From Eledone cirrhosa (lineage: Eukaryota), in contig OZ024740.1 in NCBI GenBank assembly GCA_964016885.1, positions 98,642,001 to 98,706,000 on the forward strand: 64,000 bases of DNA. The letters are read 5' to 3'. The position numbers and the translations under genes were made by a program. Within the stretch, counting starts at the first letter, position 1, and each line of letters begins with the position of its first letter. Of this stretch, positions 1 to 11,830 are shown piece after piece. Below the pieces are notes generated by a model, which was given only the letters and a program-made list of their open reading frames with translations, was not told where the DNA came from and searched no databases.

Positions 1-14
1 ATGTATATATATAT

Positions 15-1122
15 ATCATCATCATCATCATCATCATCAACGTTTAACGTCCGTGTTCCACGATTGCATGGGTTTAAACGGGGGTAGTCCCACTTGAGGC
101 AAGAGTGATTGTCTTGCTCTCATAGGACTGTCTGGCAGGTTTTCTACAGTTGGATGCCCTTCCTAACACCAACCACATTTACAGTGTGGGTCTGGGAGGT
201 TTTTACCGTGTTGCCTACACGGCCACATTACAGCGTGGACTGGGTGTTTTTTTGTCGTGACACCTACACGATCTCATTTGCTTCGGCCTGGATGGTGTGG
301 CACCAACACAACTTTACATAGAACGGGGTGGCGTGGATGGGGTGGGGGTGGTGGGACGGGGGGTATTTTGTTAGAGATGCCTACTGGCTGTAGTAGGTTT
401 TACTATGTATTTAGGTAAGGCTGGTCTTCTCTGTTACTGAGTACCGCCAAAGGTCTCGGTCCAGTGACATTGTCTTGGAGAGGTGTAAGTGTGTGAGGTC
501 GGAGTTTATCAGCTCGTCCCAGGTTTTTCTAGGTCTGCCTATTCCGTGGCTACCGTCTATCTTTATTGCCCTGCACTTTGTTATACAGCTATCGACTTTC
601 ATGCGCATCACGTGTCCATACCAACGTAGCCTTCTCTCGAGTAAACAACATCTGATCCCTCTTATTTCTAATTTTTTCCTTAGTTCGTTTATGCTTTGCC
701 GTTCACGTATATTACTGTTACACATCCAGCGGAGCATGCAAGCTTCGTTCCTCTCTAGTCTGCGTATATCCTCTGCACACAATGCCCAGGTCTCACTGCC
801 ATGCAACATTGCTGTTCGTATGCAGGCATCGTACAACCTGCCTTTCATTTTTAGAGAGAACCCTTTAGCAGCTAATAGTGGTATAATCTCTCTGAACTTT
901 TTCCAACCAGTTCTGACTCTAGCTACTGTACTTTCAGAGCACCCTCCCCCACTGCTGATTTTATCACCCAGGTAACGGAAACTGTCCACTATTTCTATAG
1001 AACCCTCTGCGCAATTGAAAGAGCTAGTATTTTTGTGGGCACTTGCTGCTACTTATTGCACCAGAGCACCGGCCACATGTAAAATCTATGTTCTTAGTTA
1101 GCTTACCTGTGATCCCACTACA

Positions 1123-1125
<3 letters not shown>
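15..1125 (-). mobile_element. 5'-truncated RTE-clade LINE copy (3' part of RT, thumb, 3' UTR, (GAT)n tail)
   Basis: Minus ORF 411-989 has FRYLG...GRLYDACIRTAMLHGSETW...RRLRWYGHVMRM...GRPRKTW, typical of the RTE C-terminus. (CAT)n at 16-38 is the tail. (TA)n flanks both ends. Confidence 0.9.
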
Positions 1126-1199
<74 letters not shown>

Positions 1200-1270
1200 G
1201 TATCTATGTATGTATGTATGTATGTATGTATATATATATATGTATGTATGTATTGATGATGATGATGATG
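1124..1270. repeat. Compound (TA)n/(TATG)n/(GAT)n microsatellite
   Basis: Direct reading of the sequence. Confidence 0.95.
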
Positions 1271-2225
1271 ATACACACATTTCAGAATAAGTGTCATCAT
1301 TTTATCTTAGCTAAGTTCACCTAGCTAAGTAAAATAGATACTAAGTTTCTGTCTGGGAAAATTTCTTGCTTACCAACTAAGCTTCCTATTCACTAGGGAA
1401 AATGTTTTATTCATTGTCTACTTAATGCACAAATAACTGGATGTCAAGCAGCATCGCTATGAAACATTGTGTTGTTCTTACAAAATGATGGAATAAATAA
1501 ACATCTAAATAACTTAATTTCTATCTCCATAATTATGTAAATTTATATATTTGTTTTGCAGTACAAATATTCATATTTTTTAAACAGCTATATCAAGATA
1601 TATATTTAGAATTGTTATATGTATTATGTTATCATTATAATTTTATAATATTTTGTCATAATAATTTTATATGCTAATGGTATGTTACCAAATTCTAAAG
1701 ATAAATAATACCTCCTGGAATAATAGATTAATCTAATATATATATTTAATTTATTGTTATTGTATTCTGTGATAAATACAGCTAGCCAGTGTGCCAATTT
1801 TAGTTATTGTGCTTTGTTCAACAGTTTAATAATTCATGTTTTGATGACAGGGTTAGAGCTAGATCTAGTTGTTAATGATATTGATTCCCACTTACTACCA
1901 AATTTTCACTCAGACAGTCAGATAGATCATAAATGTTCCAGATAACAATTTTAATTTACATCACTAAGATAAACTAAGATGTAAAATATAAATTATTGGA
2001 CTATATAATAGAAAGTGGATTCTAGTCTGATGGCTTCATTGCAGGCATCCCACATAAAAAACTGAAATTAGACATCAGCAGCATGGCCCTCAGCATGCCA
2101 AGATGTACAAAAAGGTCATTTACCTAGAAGTTATCTAACAAAAAAGAACAAAAAAAAAAAAACAGATTTCTATATATAATTCTTAGAAGGCTCAAACTTT
2201 GTTTCATCTCACAAGAATTAAATAA

Positions 2226-2282
2226 TAATTGTTTCTACTTTAGGCACAAGGCCAGCAATTAACCAGTGCATTACTGGTACTT
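2226..2282 (-). mobile_element. 3' fragment of the tRNA-derived SINE family seen at 16949
   Basis: AATTGTTTCTACTTTAGGCACAAGGCCAGCAATTAACCAGTGCATTACTGGTACTT matches the reverse complement of the 3' end of the 16949 and 28951 copies. Confidence 0.75.
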
Positions 2283-2343
2283 AAGAATTAAATAATAATG
2301 CAATCCAAAGTTTCATTCCAATAGTTATAACTCTTCTTGTTTG

Positions 2344-2400
<57 letters not shown>

Positions 2401-2473
2401 GCTATATATATATATATATGCTAATTTCTACTCGCCGAAATGCGATTCTCGCTAAATTTATATTTGTATATAT

Positions 2474-3950
2474 ATCATCATCATCATCATCATCACCGTT
2501 TTACGTCCGTTCTTCCACGCTAGCATGGGTTAGACGGGTTGTCCTGTTGTGTGCAGTGTCTGGTCGGCTGACCATGCCTTGCTCATACAGGAACTGATCT
2601 GGCTTGATTTCTACAGCTGGATGCCCTTCCTAATACCAACCTCATTTACAGTGAGTGCTGGGTGCTTTTTCGTGGCGCCTGCACCTCCACTTTACAGTGT
2701 GGGCTGGGTGCTATTTTGCCGTGGCACCTCCACGACCACCTTGCGGTGGGGGGTGTGGGGGCATATTGTTTATATGCTTCAGCATGTACCCATGGGAGGT
2801 CGGGTACTCTGTATTACTGCGTGACACCAGAAGTCACGGTCATGTGTCATTGTCTTTGAGAGGTGTAATTGGGTAAGGTCGGCTTTTATCACCTCATCCC
2901 AGGTCATCTTGGTCTCCTCACTCCGCGGTTTCCATCAACTTCTAGTGCTCTGCACCTTTTTATGCAGCTGTCATCCTTCATACGCATCACATGTCCATAC
3001 CAGCGCAACAGCCTCTCCTGCACACAGCATTTGATTCCTCTTATGCTCAGTCTCTCTCTCAATTCATTTATGCTTTGTCGTTCACGTATATTACTGTTAC
3101 ACATCCATCGGAGCATGCAGGCTTCGTTTCTCTCTAATCTACGTAAGTCTTCCACCTTCAGCGCCCAGGTCTCACTACCATGCAACATCGCTGTTCGGAT
3201 ACACGCATCATACAGTCTGCCTTTCATTCTGAGGGAGAAGTCTTTTGCAGCTAGCAGTGGTAGTAGTTCCCTAAACTTCTTCCATCCCGTTCTTACCCTA
3301 GTTATTGTACTTTCTGAACACCCACCTCCGTTGCTAATTCGGTCACCTAGGTAGCAGAAGCTGTCTACTGTTTCTACAGGGCCCTCCCAGAGATTGGTCG
3401 TACTTGTTTCCTGTGGCTGTTTGCTGCTTGCTGTTTCAGCACAGCTGCTGCATGTGAATCCTACATTCTTAATTAAGCTTCCTGAGATCCCGCTACATCT
3501 CTTGTGTACCCATTGTTTGCATTTGGGGCAGAGAATGGAGTTCCTACCTACACCTTTCCTACATACTGAGCAAGGCCATTTCCCCGAGGGGATCTGGGTT
3601 CTGTTTTCTCGTCTACTTACAAGGACCTTAATCTTGGTCATGTTGACTTTGAGACCCTTTCTCTCTAGTCCCTGCTTCCAGGTTTGGAATTTATTCTCTA
3701 GTTCTACCATAGATTCAGCTATGAGTACGAGGTCATCAGCATACAGGAGTTCCCATGGGCATCCGGTCTTAAACTCCTCCGTTATTGCCTGCAGGACTAT
3801 GATGAACAGGAGAGGGCTAAGAACAGAGCCCTGGTGGACCCCAACCTCTACGCTAAATTCCTCGCTATACTAATTGCTAATCCTAACTTTGCTGACTGCT
3901 CCCCTATACATGGCTTGTACCGCTTTCACAAGCAATTCATCTACTCCTAT
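2474..3950 (-). mobile_element. 5'-truncated RTE-clade LINE copy with PHD-type insertion in RT
   Basis: Minus strand reads GVHQGSVLSPLLFIIV, GCPWELLYADDL, then ORF 2904-3710 with a C4HC3 motif, YLG, GSETW and RLLRWYGHVMRM. (CAT)n tail at 2474-2495. Confidence 0.92.
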
Positions 3951-3961
3951 GTGTATATGCA

Positions 3962-4944
3962 CTTCTTTCGCCCCCTCTGTCAGTTACACTTTCTCTCGAC
4001 TGACCTCTTCCTCGCACTTCCACTCACTCACTCTCTGTTTCTCCCCTTCTCACTTCCTCCCATTTCGTTGGTAGTGGGGTCCTTTCTTGCTCACATATCA
4101 CTCACGTCGGACGGTCTGTATTCTGAACGCTCATGAAATTCACCCAGTTATGCTGACCGGATAACCATGTTGCTTGTTTTTTTTCTATCTTCGGTTTGCT
4201 TTTATCCTTCTATTTTGTTTACTTGTCTCACTCGCTTTACGCGACCCACTTGTCCCAATAGCTTTTTTTAGTTATTGCTCGCACCAACCTGAGGTATATG
4301 ATTTATAATGCGATGAAATACCAATGATGGTTGGCAAATCACTGACGAGGGACTAATTTTATAATATGTAACCCATGTGCAACCACGCAGTATTCCTCTT
4401 TCTTCTCATGTTTTTTATACATATTTACCTCGGCTGTGTTTGTCTGTTTCTCTCTTTCTCTCTTACTGCTCCCACGTTCTCTCTGTTTCTCTCACCTTCT
4501 TTCGCCCCCTCTGTCAGTTACACTTTCTCTCGACTGACCTCTTCCTCGCACTTCCACTCACTCACTCTCTGTTTCTCCCCTTCTCACTTCCTCCCGTTTC
4601 GTTGGTAGTGGGGTCCTTTCTTGCTCACATATCACTCACGTCGGACGGTCTGTATTCTGAACGCTCATGAAATTCACCCAGTTATGCTGACCGGATAACC
4701 ATGTTGCTTATTTTTCTTCCTATCATCGGTTTGCTTTTATCCTTCTATTTTGTTTACTTGTCTCACTCGCTTTACGCGACCCACTTGTCCCAATAGCTTT
4801 TTTTAGTTATTGCTCGCACCAACCTCAGGTATATGATTTTTAATGCGATGAAATACCAATGATGATTGTCAAATCACTGACGAGGGACTAATTTTATAAT
4901 ATGTAACCCATGTGCAACCACGCAGTATTCCTCTTTCTTCTCAT

Positions 4945-4948
<4 letters not shown>
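3962..4948. repeat. Direct tandem duplication, unit ~535 bp, ~1.85 copies
   Basis: CTTCTTTCGCCCCCTCTGTCAGTTACAC starts at both 3962 and 4496. The copies stay nearly identical until ...TTCTTCTCATGTTT (4413 and 4948). Confidence 0.9.
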
Positions 4949-4999
<51 letters not shown>

Positions 5000-5311
5000 T
5001 CAATACTCATCCTTTTAAAGTTTTAGATGGTTTTAAACCCTACTATTAGACTAACATTTCTTTAGTCAAAAATACAGCGAAAGCTTCTATTTCTACTAAA
5101 TTTCAAACTGCTTCCAGCTTCAATAACAGACTTACTTACATATATATATATATATCATGTATGAAGTCAAATTTTGGCTTTTGAAGCTCTGAGAATATAT
5201 GTATTTATACAAGTATAACAAGTATATAAGTTTTTAAACACAGAAATGCCATAAAGATAGCTTATAAAATAGGGTGAAGAACATTAAAAGATAGAAAAAG
5301 GAGATGCCATC

Positions 5312-5384
5312 AGCCGCTATGAGGAATTGAACTCCATATCTTCCAGATACTGGCTAGATGCATTAACCTTTAAGCTAAGGAGCA
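5312..5384 (-). pseudogene. Degenerate tRNA-like sequence (Thr-AGT-like) or SINE head
   Basis: Reverse complement shows an A-box-like TAGCTTAAAGGTTAA, an anticodon arm TCTAG-CCAGTAT-CTGGA and a B-box-like GAGTTCAATTC. The acceptor stem pairs poorly. Confidence 0.45.
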
Positions 5385-5501
5385 ATGACAAATTTCAGAT
5401 GTCACGAGGCAGGCATCCATATATAAACAAACATTGTACAAAGCCGAAATTTTGGATTTTTAAGTGCTGAGAATATATGTATATATATTTTTCCATCTTT
5501 A

Positions 5502-5537
<36 letters not shown>

Positions 5538-5725
5538 GTGTGTGTAGGTATTAAGGTGCAAATTAATTGTATCCATAGGTGGTGTGCCAAATGAGCACTT
5601 GGTGCTCTTGGGGAGCAGAGTATCATTAGTATAAGGCAGCAAAGAATCAGAGTTGCATCATTTACATATTTAATTACATATTACATATGATTCACTGTTG
5701 ATCATGGAACAATATATATATATAT

Positions 5726-5760
<35 letters not shown>

Positions 5761-5761
<1 letters not shown>

Positions 5762-5925
5762 CATCATCATTTTACGTCCGCTTTTCCCTGCCTGCAAGGG
5801 TGGGACGGGACCTGATTCGGGCTTGATTTCTACAGCTGGATGCCCCTCCTAACACCAACATCATTTACAGTGAGTGCTGGGTGCTTTTTTTGCTGTGGCA
5901 CCTCCACGACCACTTTGCAGTGGAA
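5761..5925 (-). mobile_element. RTE 3' UTR fragment with (GAT)n tail
   Basis: Shares TTTTACGTCCGC...GGTGGGACGGG and TTTCTACAGCTGGATGCCC with the other RTE 3' ends. Confidence 0.7.
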
Positions 5926-5954
5926 TGTTAGGGAACCCAGTCCTATTATCTCAT

Positions 5955-6093
5955 TTCTACAGCTGAGTAAACTGGAGCAATGTGAAATAAAGTGTCTTGC
6001 TCAAGGAAACAAAACATCACCCAGTCTGAGAATTGAACTCACAACATTTCGATTGCAAGGCCAATGCTCTAACTACTAAGCCATGTGCCTCCA
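5955..6093 (-). mobile_element. tRNA-derived SINE fragment (second family, CORE-like)
   Basis: The reverse complement begins GGAGGCACATGGCTTAGTAGTTAGAGC (A box) and has GAGTTCAATTC (B box), followed by CCTTGAGCAAGACACTT. Confidence 0.65.
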
Positions 6094-6441
6094 TACATAC
6101 ATATATATATATCTATATGTGTATATATATATATATATATACATATATTTATATACACAGAGGTATCCACTGTAAGTTGTGGGGTTAAATATTTATATAT
6201 GTATATATACACACACATACACACACGCACACAAACTCATGCATATGCACGTGCTCAAGTATAGCTTTTTTTACAAAACATTTTTTTCCTTTTTCTAAAA
6301 AAAACAAATCATACACAAAACGCCAGCACCAACAATTTTGCATGAGATGTCAACATGAATGGACCTATTATTTTTATCCAAAGACATTTTTTCCAATTCC
6401 ACCCCACCCGTCCCCATAATCTATTTTATTTCTCATTCTTC

Positions 6442-6475
6442 CTTCTGATGAAGGATTAGCGTCCGAAACGTTAAG
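6442..6475 (+). ncRNA. Minimal type I hammerhead ribozyme motif (PLE pLTR type)
   Basis: CTT-CTGATGA-A-GGA-TTAGCG-TCC-GAAA-CG-TT-AAG: core boxes, 3-bp stem II, palindromic AACGTT and stem I CTT/AAG. Confidence 0.6.
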
Positions 6476-6569
6476 CCCCTCTTCATTCTATATCAAGGTT
6501 TAACCTAATATATACCTTCCATGTACTGTACCGATTGTGTTGTTGTTTCTGTTTACCTTTTACATATAT

Positions 6570-7644
6570 ATCATCATCATCATCATCGTTTAACGTCCAT
6601 CTTCCACGCTTGCATGGGTTTGGACGGGAGTTTTCCCACTTGAGGCAAGAGTGGTTGTCTTGCTCGCATAGGAATGCTGGATGCCCTTCCTAATACCAAC
6701 CACGTTTACAGTGTGGACTGGGAGGTTTTTACCGTGTTACCTACACGGCCTCATTACAGCGTGGACTGTCTGTTTTTTTTTGTCGTGAGACCTACACGAC
6801 CTCATTTGTTTCGGACTGGATGTTGTGGTACCAACATAACTTTACATTGAAAGGAATGGGTGGGGTAGTGGGATGGGGTTGTATTTTTGTTAGAGGTGCC
6901 TACTGACTGTAGTAGGTTTCACTTTGTACTTAGGTAAGACGGGACTTCTGTATTACTGCGTAGCACCAAAGATCTTGGTCCAGTGACATTATCTTGGAGA
7001 GGTGTAAGTGTGTGAGGTCGGAATTTATCAGGTCGTCCCAGGTTTTTCTGGGTCTACCTACTCCGTGGCTACATTCTATTTTTATTGCCCTGCACTTTTT
7101 TATACAACTCTCGTCTTTCATGCACATCACGTGACCGTACCAACGTAGTCTTCTCTCGAGTAAACAACATCTGATCCCTCTTATTTCTAATTTTTCCCTT
7201 AGTTCATTTATGCTTTGCCGTTCACGTATATTACTATTACACATCCACATCCAGCGGGGCATGCAAGCTTCATTCCTCTCCAGTCTGCGTATATCCTCCA
7301 CACACAATGCCCAGGTCTCACTGCCTTGTACCATTGATGTTCGTATGCAGGCATCATACAGCCTACCTTTCATTTTTAGAGAGAACCCTTCAGCGGCTAA
7401 TAGTGGTATAAGCTCTCGGAACTTTTTCCATCCAGTTCTGACTCTAGCTACTGTACTTTCAGAGCACCCTCCACCACTGCTGATTTTGTCACCCAAGTAA
7501 CGGAAGGTGTCCACTATTTCTATAGAACCATCTGTGCAATGGAATGAGCTAGTATTCGGTGGGGACTTGCTACTATTTATTGCACCAGAGCACCGGCCAC
7601 ATATAAAATCTATATTCTTAGTTAGCTTACCTGTGATCCCACTA
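6570..7644 (-). mobile_element. 5'-truncated RTE-clade LINE copy
   Basis: RTE portion of ORF 6930-7772 ([10 protein letters not shown]...YLG...GSETW...RRLRWYGH). It is closely similar to the 15-1125 copy, with a (CAT)n tail and (TA)n flanks. Confidence 0.9.
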
Positions 7645-7747
7645 AATATATATATATATATATACATATATATGTATGTATATATGTACATGTATCTGAT
7701 GTTGATGATATATATATATATTTTCAATATTATTATGGCTGAAAAGT

Positions 7748-7851
7748 GAGTTTTGTTACTCTGGAGTTTCACCTGCTTATCACAGGGTCATCAGAGAAGA
7801 TCTTGTCTGATGATTCTGCTAAATAGGTGAAACTCCAGAATAACAAGACTC
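7748..7851. repeat. Imperfect inverted repeat made of two hammerhead-like motifs
   Basis: GAGTTTTGTTACTCTGGAGTTTCACCT...TCATCAGA pairs with TCTGATGA...AGGTGAAACTCCAGAATAACAAGACTC. Confidence 0.8.
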
Positions 7852-7918
7852 TCTTTTTAGAATATTAAACTATACTTCAGTATTGTATACTCTTTTCTCT
7901 CAGCCATCAACCACATAT

Positions 7919-7970
<52 letters not shown>

Positions 7971-8389
7971 TATTGCATATATAATCATATTGCATATATA
8001 TATGCAGTATGATTTATGGATTGTTATGATATTCTACTGTATTAAGGCATTTTATATAGCCTCACCAACTTAATTACAGGTATAATTTGAAACAGTAGTG
8101 AAGCAAGTGCCCAAATAAAATATACTAGTGTGAATAACCAAATTAGCATTTAAAATAATTTAAATTATTTGAACATACCCAACCTACCAAACTATTAACT
8201 GCATTTTATAAAAATTACTAATCATCAGTTAATTAATTGCAGACTCGACAGAATGTCATCTGTAGACATTTTCTCTGTGGATGGAGCATAAAAATCCAAA
8301 AAGTCTCTTTGAGTCAGAAACCTCACCAGCAGTAAGCCAGCCCTGTGTTTGCTCTCGTAGACAACTATTAGAAACAGCACAGTAGTATG

Positions 8390-8900
8390 ATAATCAATGC
8401 TGCCAGTTCTTTTACATGTTGCTGCCATGGCATTATGGTGTTTGGTGAAAGAAGTAAGGTAGCCATTTTTAGAGAGAACTCTTTGGAACTCTGCCATGCT
8501 AGTATGTCTGTCACTATCCTCACTACATCTATTGAGTATGCAGGAGATCTCATTTGTATATAGGCCATTTTGGCTCTGTAGGGAAGGGCAGATGCGTGTT
8601 GCACAAAAATGTCTTTGCAGGTATCCTTCTTGTACAATTTGGTGTATATATGGAACCCTCCTCTTTAATTTTAATGGAAAATCGTTTAGAGAGATGGATT
8701 CAGTGGTGTCTGGATGTTTACTCTCAAACTTGAGAAGTTGTTGCAGATGATGATAGAGGATAGTTCGCAAATGTCACCAGCAGTGAGCTGAAAATAAATG
8801 AGGTCGATGGAAGTGATGATGATGTCCATAATTAAGTCGATGGAAGGGAGGCAGCGACTGAAGTGTAGAGGGATACTACATCTAAATTAAATGGGTATAT
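8390..8900 (-). mobile_element. Degenerate Penelope-like element fragment (RT thumb and linker)
   Basis: Minus frames give YKKDTCKDIFVQHASALP...K and ILNRCSED...FQRVLSKNGY, resembling the PLE YxK...H.S.hP and L.xNGY motifs. Frameshifted. Confidence 0.55.
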
Positions 8901-9169
8901 ATTCTGTCCAAGTGTAGTGAGGTCAAGTTATTTTAGTCTGTTGACTACTTCTTGTGAATTTTCTCTGTATCTGGGAAACGTGTAAAGGAGAGGTTTGAGA
9001 ATTCTGGAGATAAGCCAGGAAATTATATAGAAAGAACCATTTATGCCAGAAACAATGGATCTAATTTTTAAGTTGGGTTGTAATGCCCCCTTTGGTATTC
9101 GTGTCTGCCCATACCTATGGTCATAAATTTTGGGTAATGACCAAACAAATATGATTGCAAATACATATG

Positions 9170-9530
9170 ACTGAAATAAGGTTTCTCCGCAGGGGCTTTG
9201 GAGTAATATTGCTCAATAGAGTGCATAGCTCAGAGATCAGAGAGTCACTCCAGGAGAAGCTGCTACTTCTCCAAATTGAGAGATCACAGCTCTGACACTA
9301 TAGACATGTGGTTAGAATGTCTCAGGAAAGAATCGCTGAACAGATTTTATGGGCAAAACCAACTGACAGAAGACCGAGGAGCAGACCCCAAGCAAGATAT
9401 TTGGATAACACCCATATGATTGGCTGGTCTTGCTTGGAGATCCAGCTGGATCAGTTGGGGATGATTGTTTCTGACAGGACACACTGGAAGGAGTGTTTGA
9501 GGACTCTGCCCCCACAACTCTCAAGAAGGG
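9170..9530 (+). mobile_element. Degenerate LINE (RTE-like) 3' fragment
   Basis: HVVRMSQERIAEQILWAKPTDRRPRSRP resembles the RTE GHVxRM...GRP terminus. Confidence 0.55.
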
Positions 9531-11249
9531 TTGTAATGCTTCATATTTATTACACTAATATATATATGTATATAGATATATATATATAATCATCATCATC
9601 AACGTTTACCATCCATTTTCTATTCTAGTATGGGTTAGATGAATTGTCCAATTGTAAGACAAGCTAGGTAGGACGACTGTGCCTTGCTCATAAAGAACTG
9701 ATTTTTGCTTGCTTTCTATCATGACCACTTTACAGTCTGACCTGGGCACTTTTTATATGTCCACTCACTCCATTAGGATTCAATAATGTTCTGCTCATTT
9801 CATCTCTATATTTGGCATTGGTGGAATACTTACCAATCTTTCTTTCCACAATTCCATGGGAACATCTATAGGAACTGTGGATATTATGAAATGTTTTCTC
9901 TGTTTCAATCTACTTGAAATATGTTGATATTCATATATTGTTTTTCAGCTTTGCTTGTGACAGACCTACTGATCTTAACTCTTGCAATACCAGCCAACTG
10001 ATCTTAAATATTGCAATACCAGCCAACTGTTAGTGGGCATGAGACAACCAGTTACAGAATTACTTTACATAATCTTAATTCTTACATAGAATTAATTAAC
10101 TCCTTATTTTCCCTATAGCATATATTAATGTAACTTCTGACAACCATTTTAGAACTCTTGCTAATGAAACCAGTTAAATTAGTTTCAAAATAAAAAAAAA
10201 GAAAAAGAAAATAAGAAAATCTGACCAGAAAACTTTTTAACATAATTATCTCTGTTGAAATGAACAAAATTTCATTATTTAGAAGCAAAATTGCTCTGTT
10301 TCTTATCTCAAGCCAACTTTAATCACAGCACCTGAAAGTTAAAGAAAATAGCAACAATAATCATTGGCTGTAGTTAGTAAAAGACAGATATTTTATTGTA
10401 TCTAGAAGTTTCATTTTCCTACTGTTCATCTAAAGTTTACATTTCCTTCTTTCTAATTTTCATCATAATCTCCAATAGGGTGTTAATAATGAATGAATGC
10501 ACTGAGTTTTTCAAAATTGTAAAGTACCAGATTCATTATCGCCATTAATCATCATCATCATCATCATCATCATTTTCCATCTGCTTTTCATACTGTCATG
10601 GATTGTCACAAGATGATTTCAGTTTTTATTTAGAGTTACTTGCCTCCTGGATAGATTGAGAGCCCAAATTTGTATTGCACATTCCATATTTAGCATGGTT
10701 TCTATAGCTGCATGCCTACCTTAACACAATCTGTTTTATAGAGTGCTATAGGAGTATTTTATTAAGGCACCAACACTAGGGAAGTTGTCATGTCCCCAAG
10801 AAGACTAAAGAGTCTTTTCTATCCCTATTTTGTCTCTCAATCCCTGACTACTTTAAAAAGTGTATTGGGTGCATCTTATCATGAGGAAAATACTGGAAAT
10901 GTTGCATTGTCACATGAAATATTGATTTCTAATTCTGATTTATATTTATGTGAATCAGAAATTACCTGCAACTAAACAGCAACAACAGTAACTGATCTTA
11001 TTTGTAAGCAAATACATGAGCATTTACTTGAAATGTAGATAATTTGAGCCTTTTAAAAATATACACGCAATCCGTTTTCTTTCATGAGTACTTTTATAGT
11101 ATTTTTAAATGAAACAATGGAGAATAAATCTGAGTTTCCCTCAGATGTTATCACAAGTGCTGGAATATTCTTATACATGACATTCATCACATACACGATT
11201 TGATGGGGTATCATATTACCAAAAATAATTTTGAGCATTTTCTTTCAGT

Positions 11250-11830
11250 CTATCAAATCAAAATCCTTCTGCCTAAATTTGAATACAATTGCTGCCCTTT
11301 TTTGTGATTCCATACCTCCTCAACAACCCTTCTTATAGCCAAGATGTGTGGGGTTGTTGAGCAAAATGGCTGAAATCCATTTTGGCTAGAATGTAGTATG
11401 TTGTCGATACATGGTCTAATCCTACTCAAGATCATCATATTGTAAGTCTTTGCTGCAATTTGCATAGAGCTGACACCTCTATAATTGATGCAGATGGTAA
11501 GGTCACCTTTCTTGGGTATTGGTACTTTTCCTTATATTCTTTTTTCCTCATGCTTGTCTGTGCCCTTCAAAAGTTTCCATGAGAAATCTCTTAAAAATTT
11601 GTAAGCTTTGGGTAGTTTTCATAGGTCTGCAGTTAGGGCATCAAGCCCAGCAGCTTTGTTTGGTTTCATTGCCACTTCTTCTATAGAGAATTCAGCAATG
11701 TTTATCTCTGGATGGACATCAAATACTGAGTTAATTACGATTGCTATGTTATGCTCAAAATGATTGTCTGCTGATAGTAATTTGTGAATGTGCTCTCTCC
11801 AAGGCACAAGGCAGTCTTCCTCTTGGATAT
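11250..11830 (-). mobile_element. Degenerate LINE RT N-terminal fragment (different RTE-like family)
   Basis: Minus frames give MKPNKAAGLD, PKKGDLTICINYRGVS and AAKTYNMMILSRIR...QNGF...HILAIRRVVE. Confidence 0.7.

Noticed and set aside
475-975. Long plus-strand ORFs opposite RTE coding regions (also 2869-3873, 35275-35646, 37640-38415)
   Set aside because: These are antisense shadows of LINE ORFs with no independent motifs.
1043-1324. YI-repeat ORFs and the poly-Arg ORF at 25036-25431
   Set aside because: They are translations of (TA)n and (TTC)n microsatellites.
4310-4400. CTGACGA with upstream GAAA as a type II hammerhead
   Set aside because: Stems II and III and the NUH triplet could not be paired consistently in both repeat copies.
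9969-10030. Short tandem duplications (also 35887-35922)
   Set aside because: Ordinary slippage products with no sign of function.
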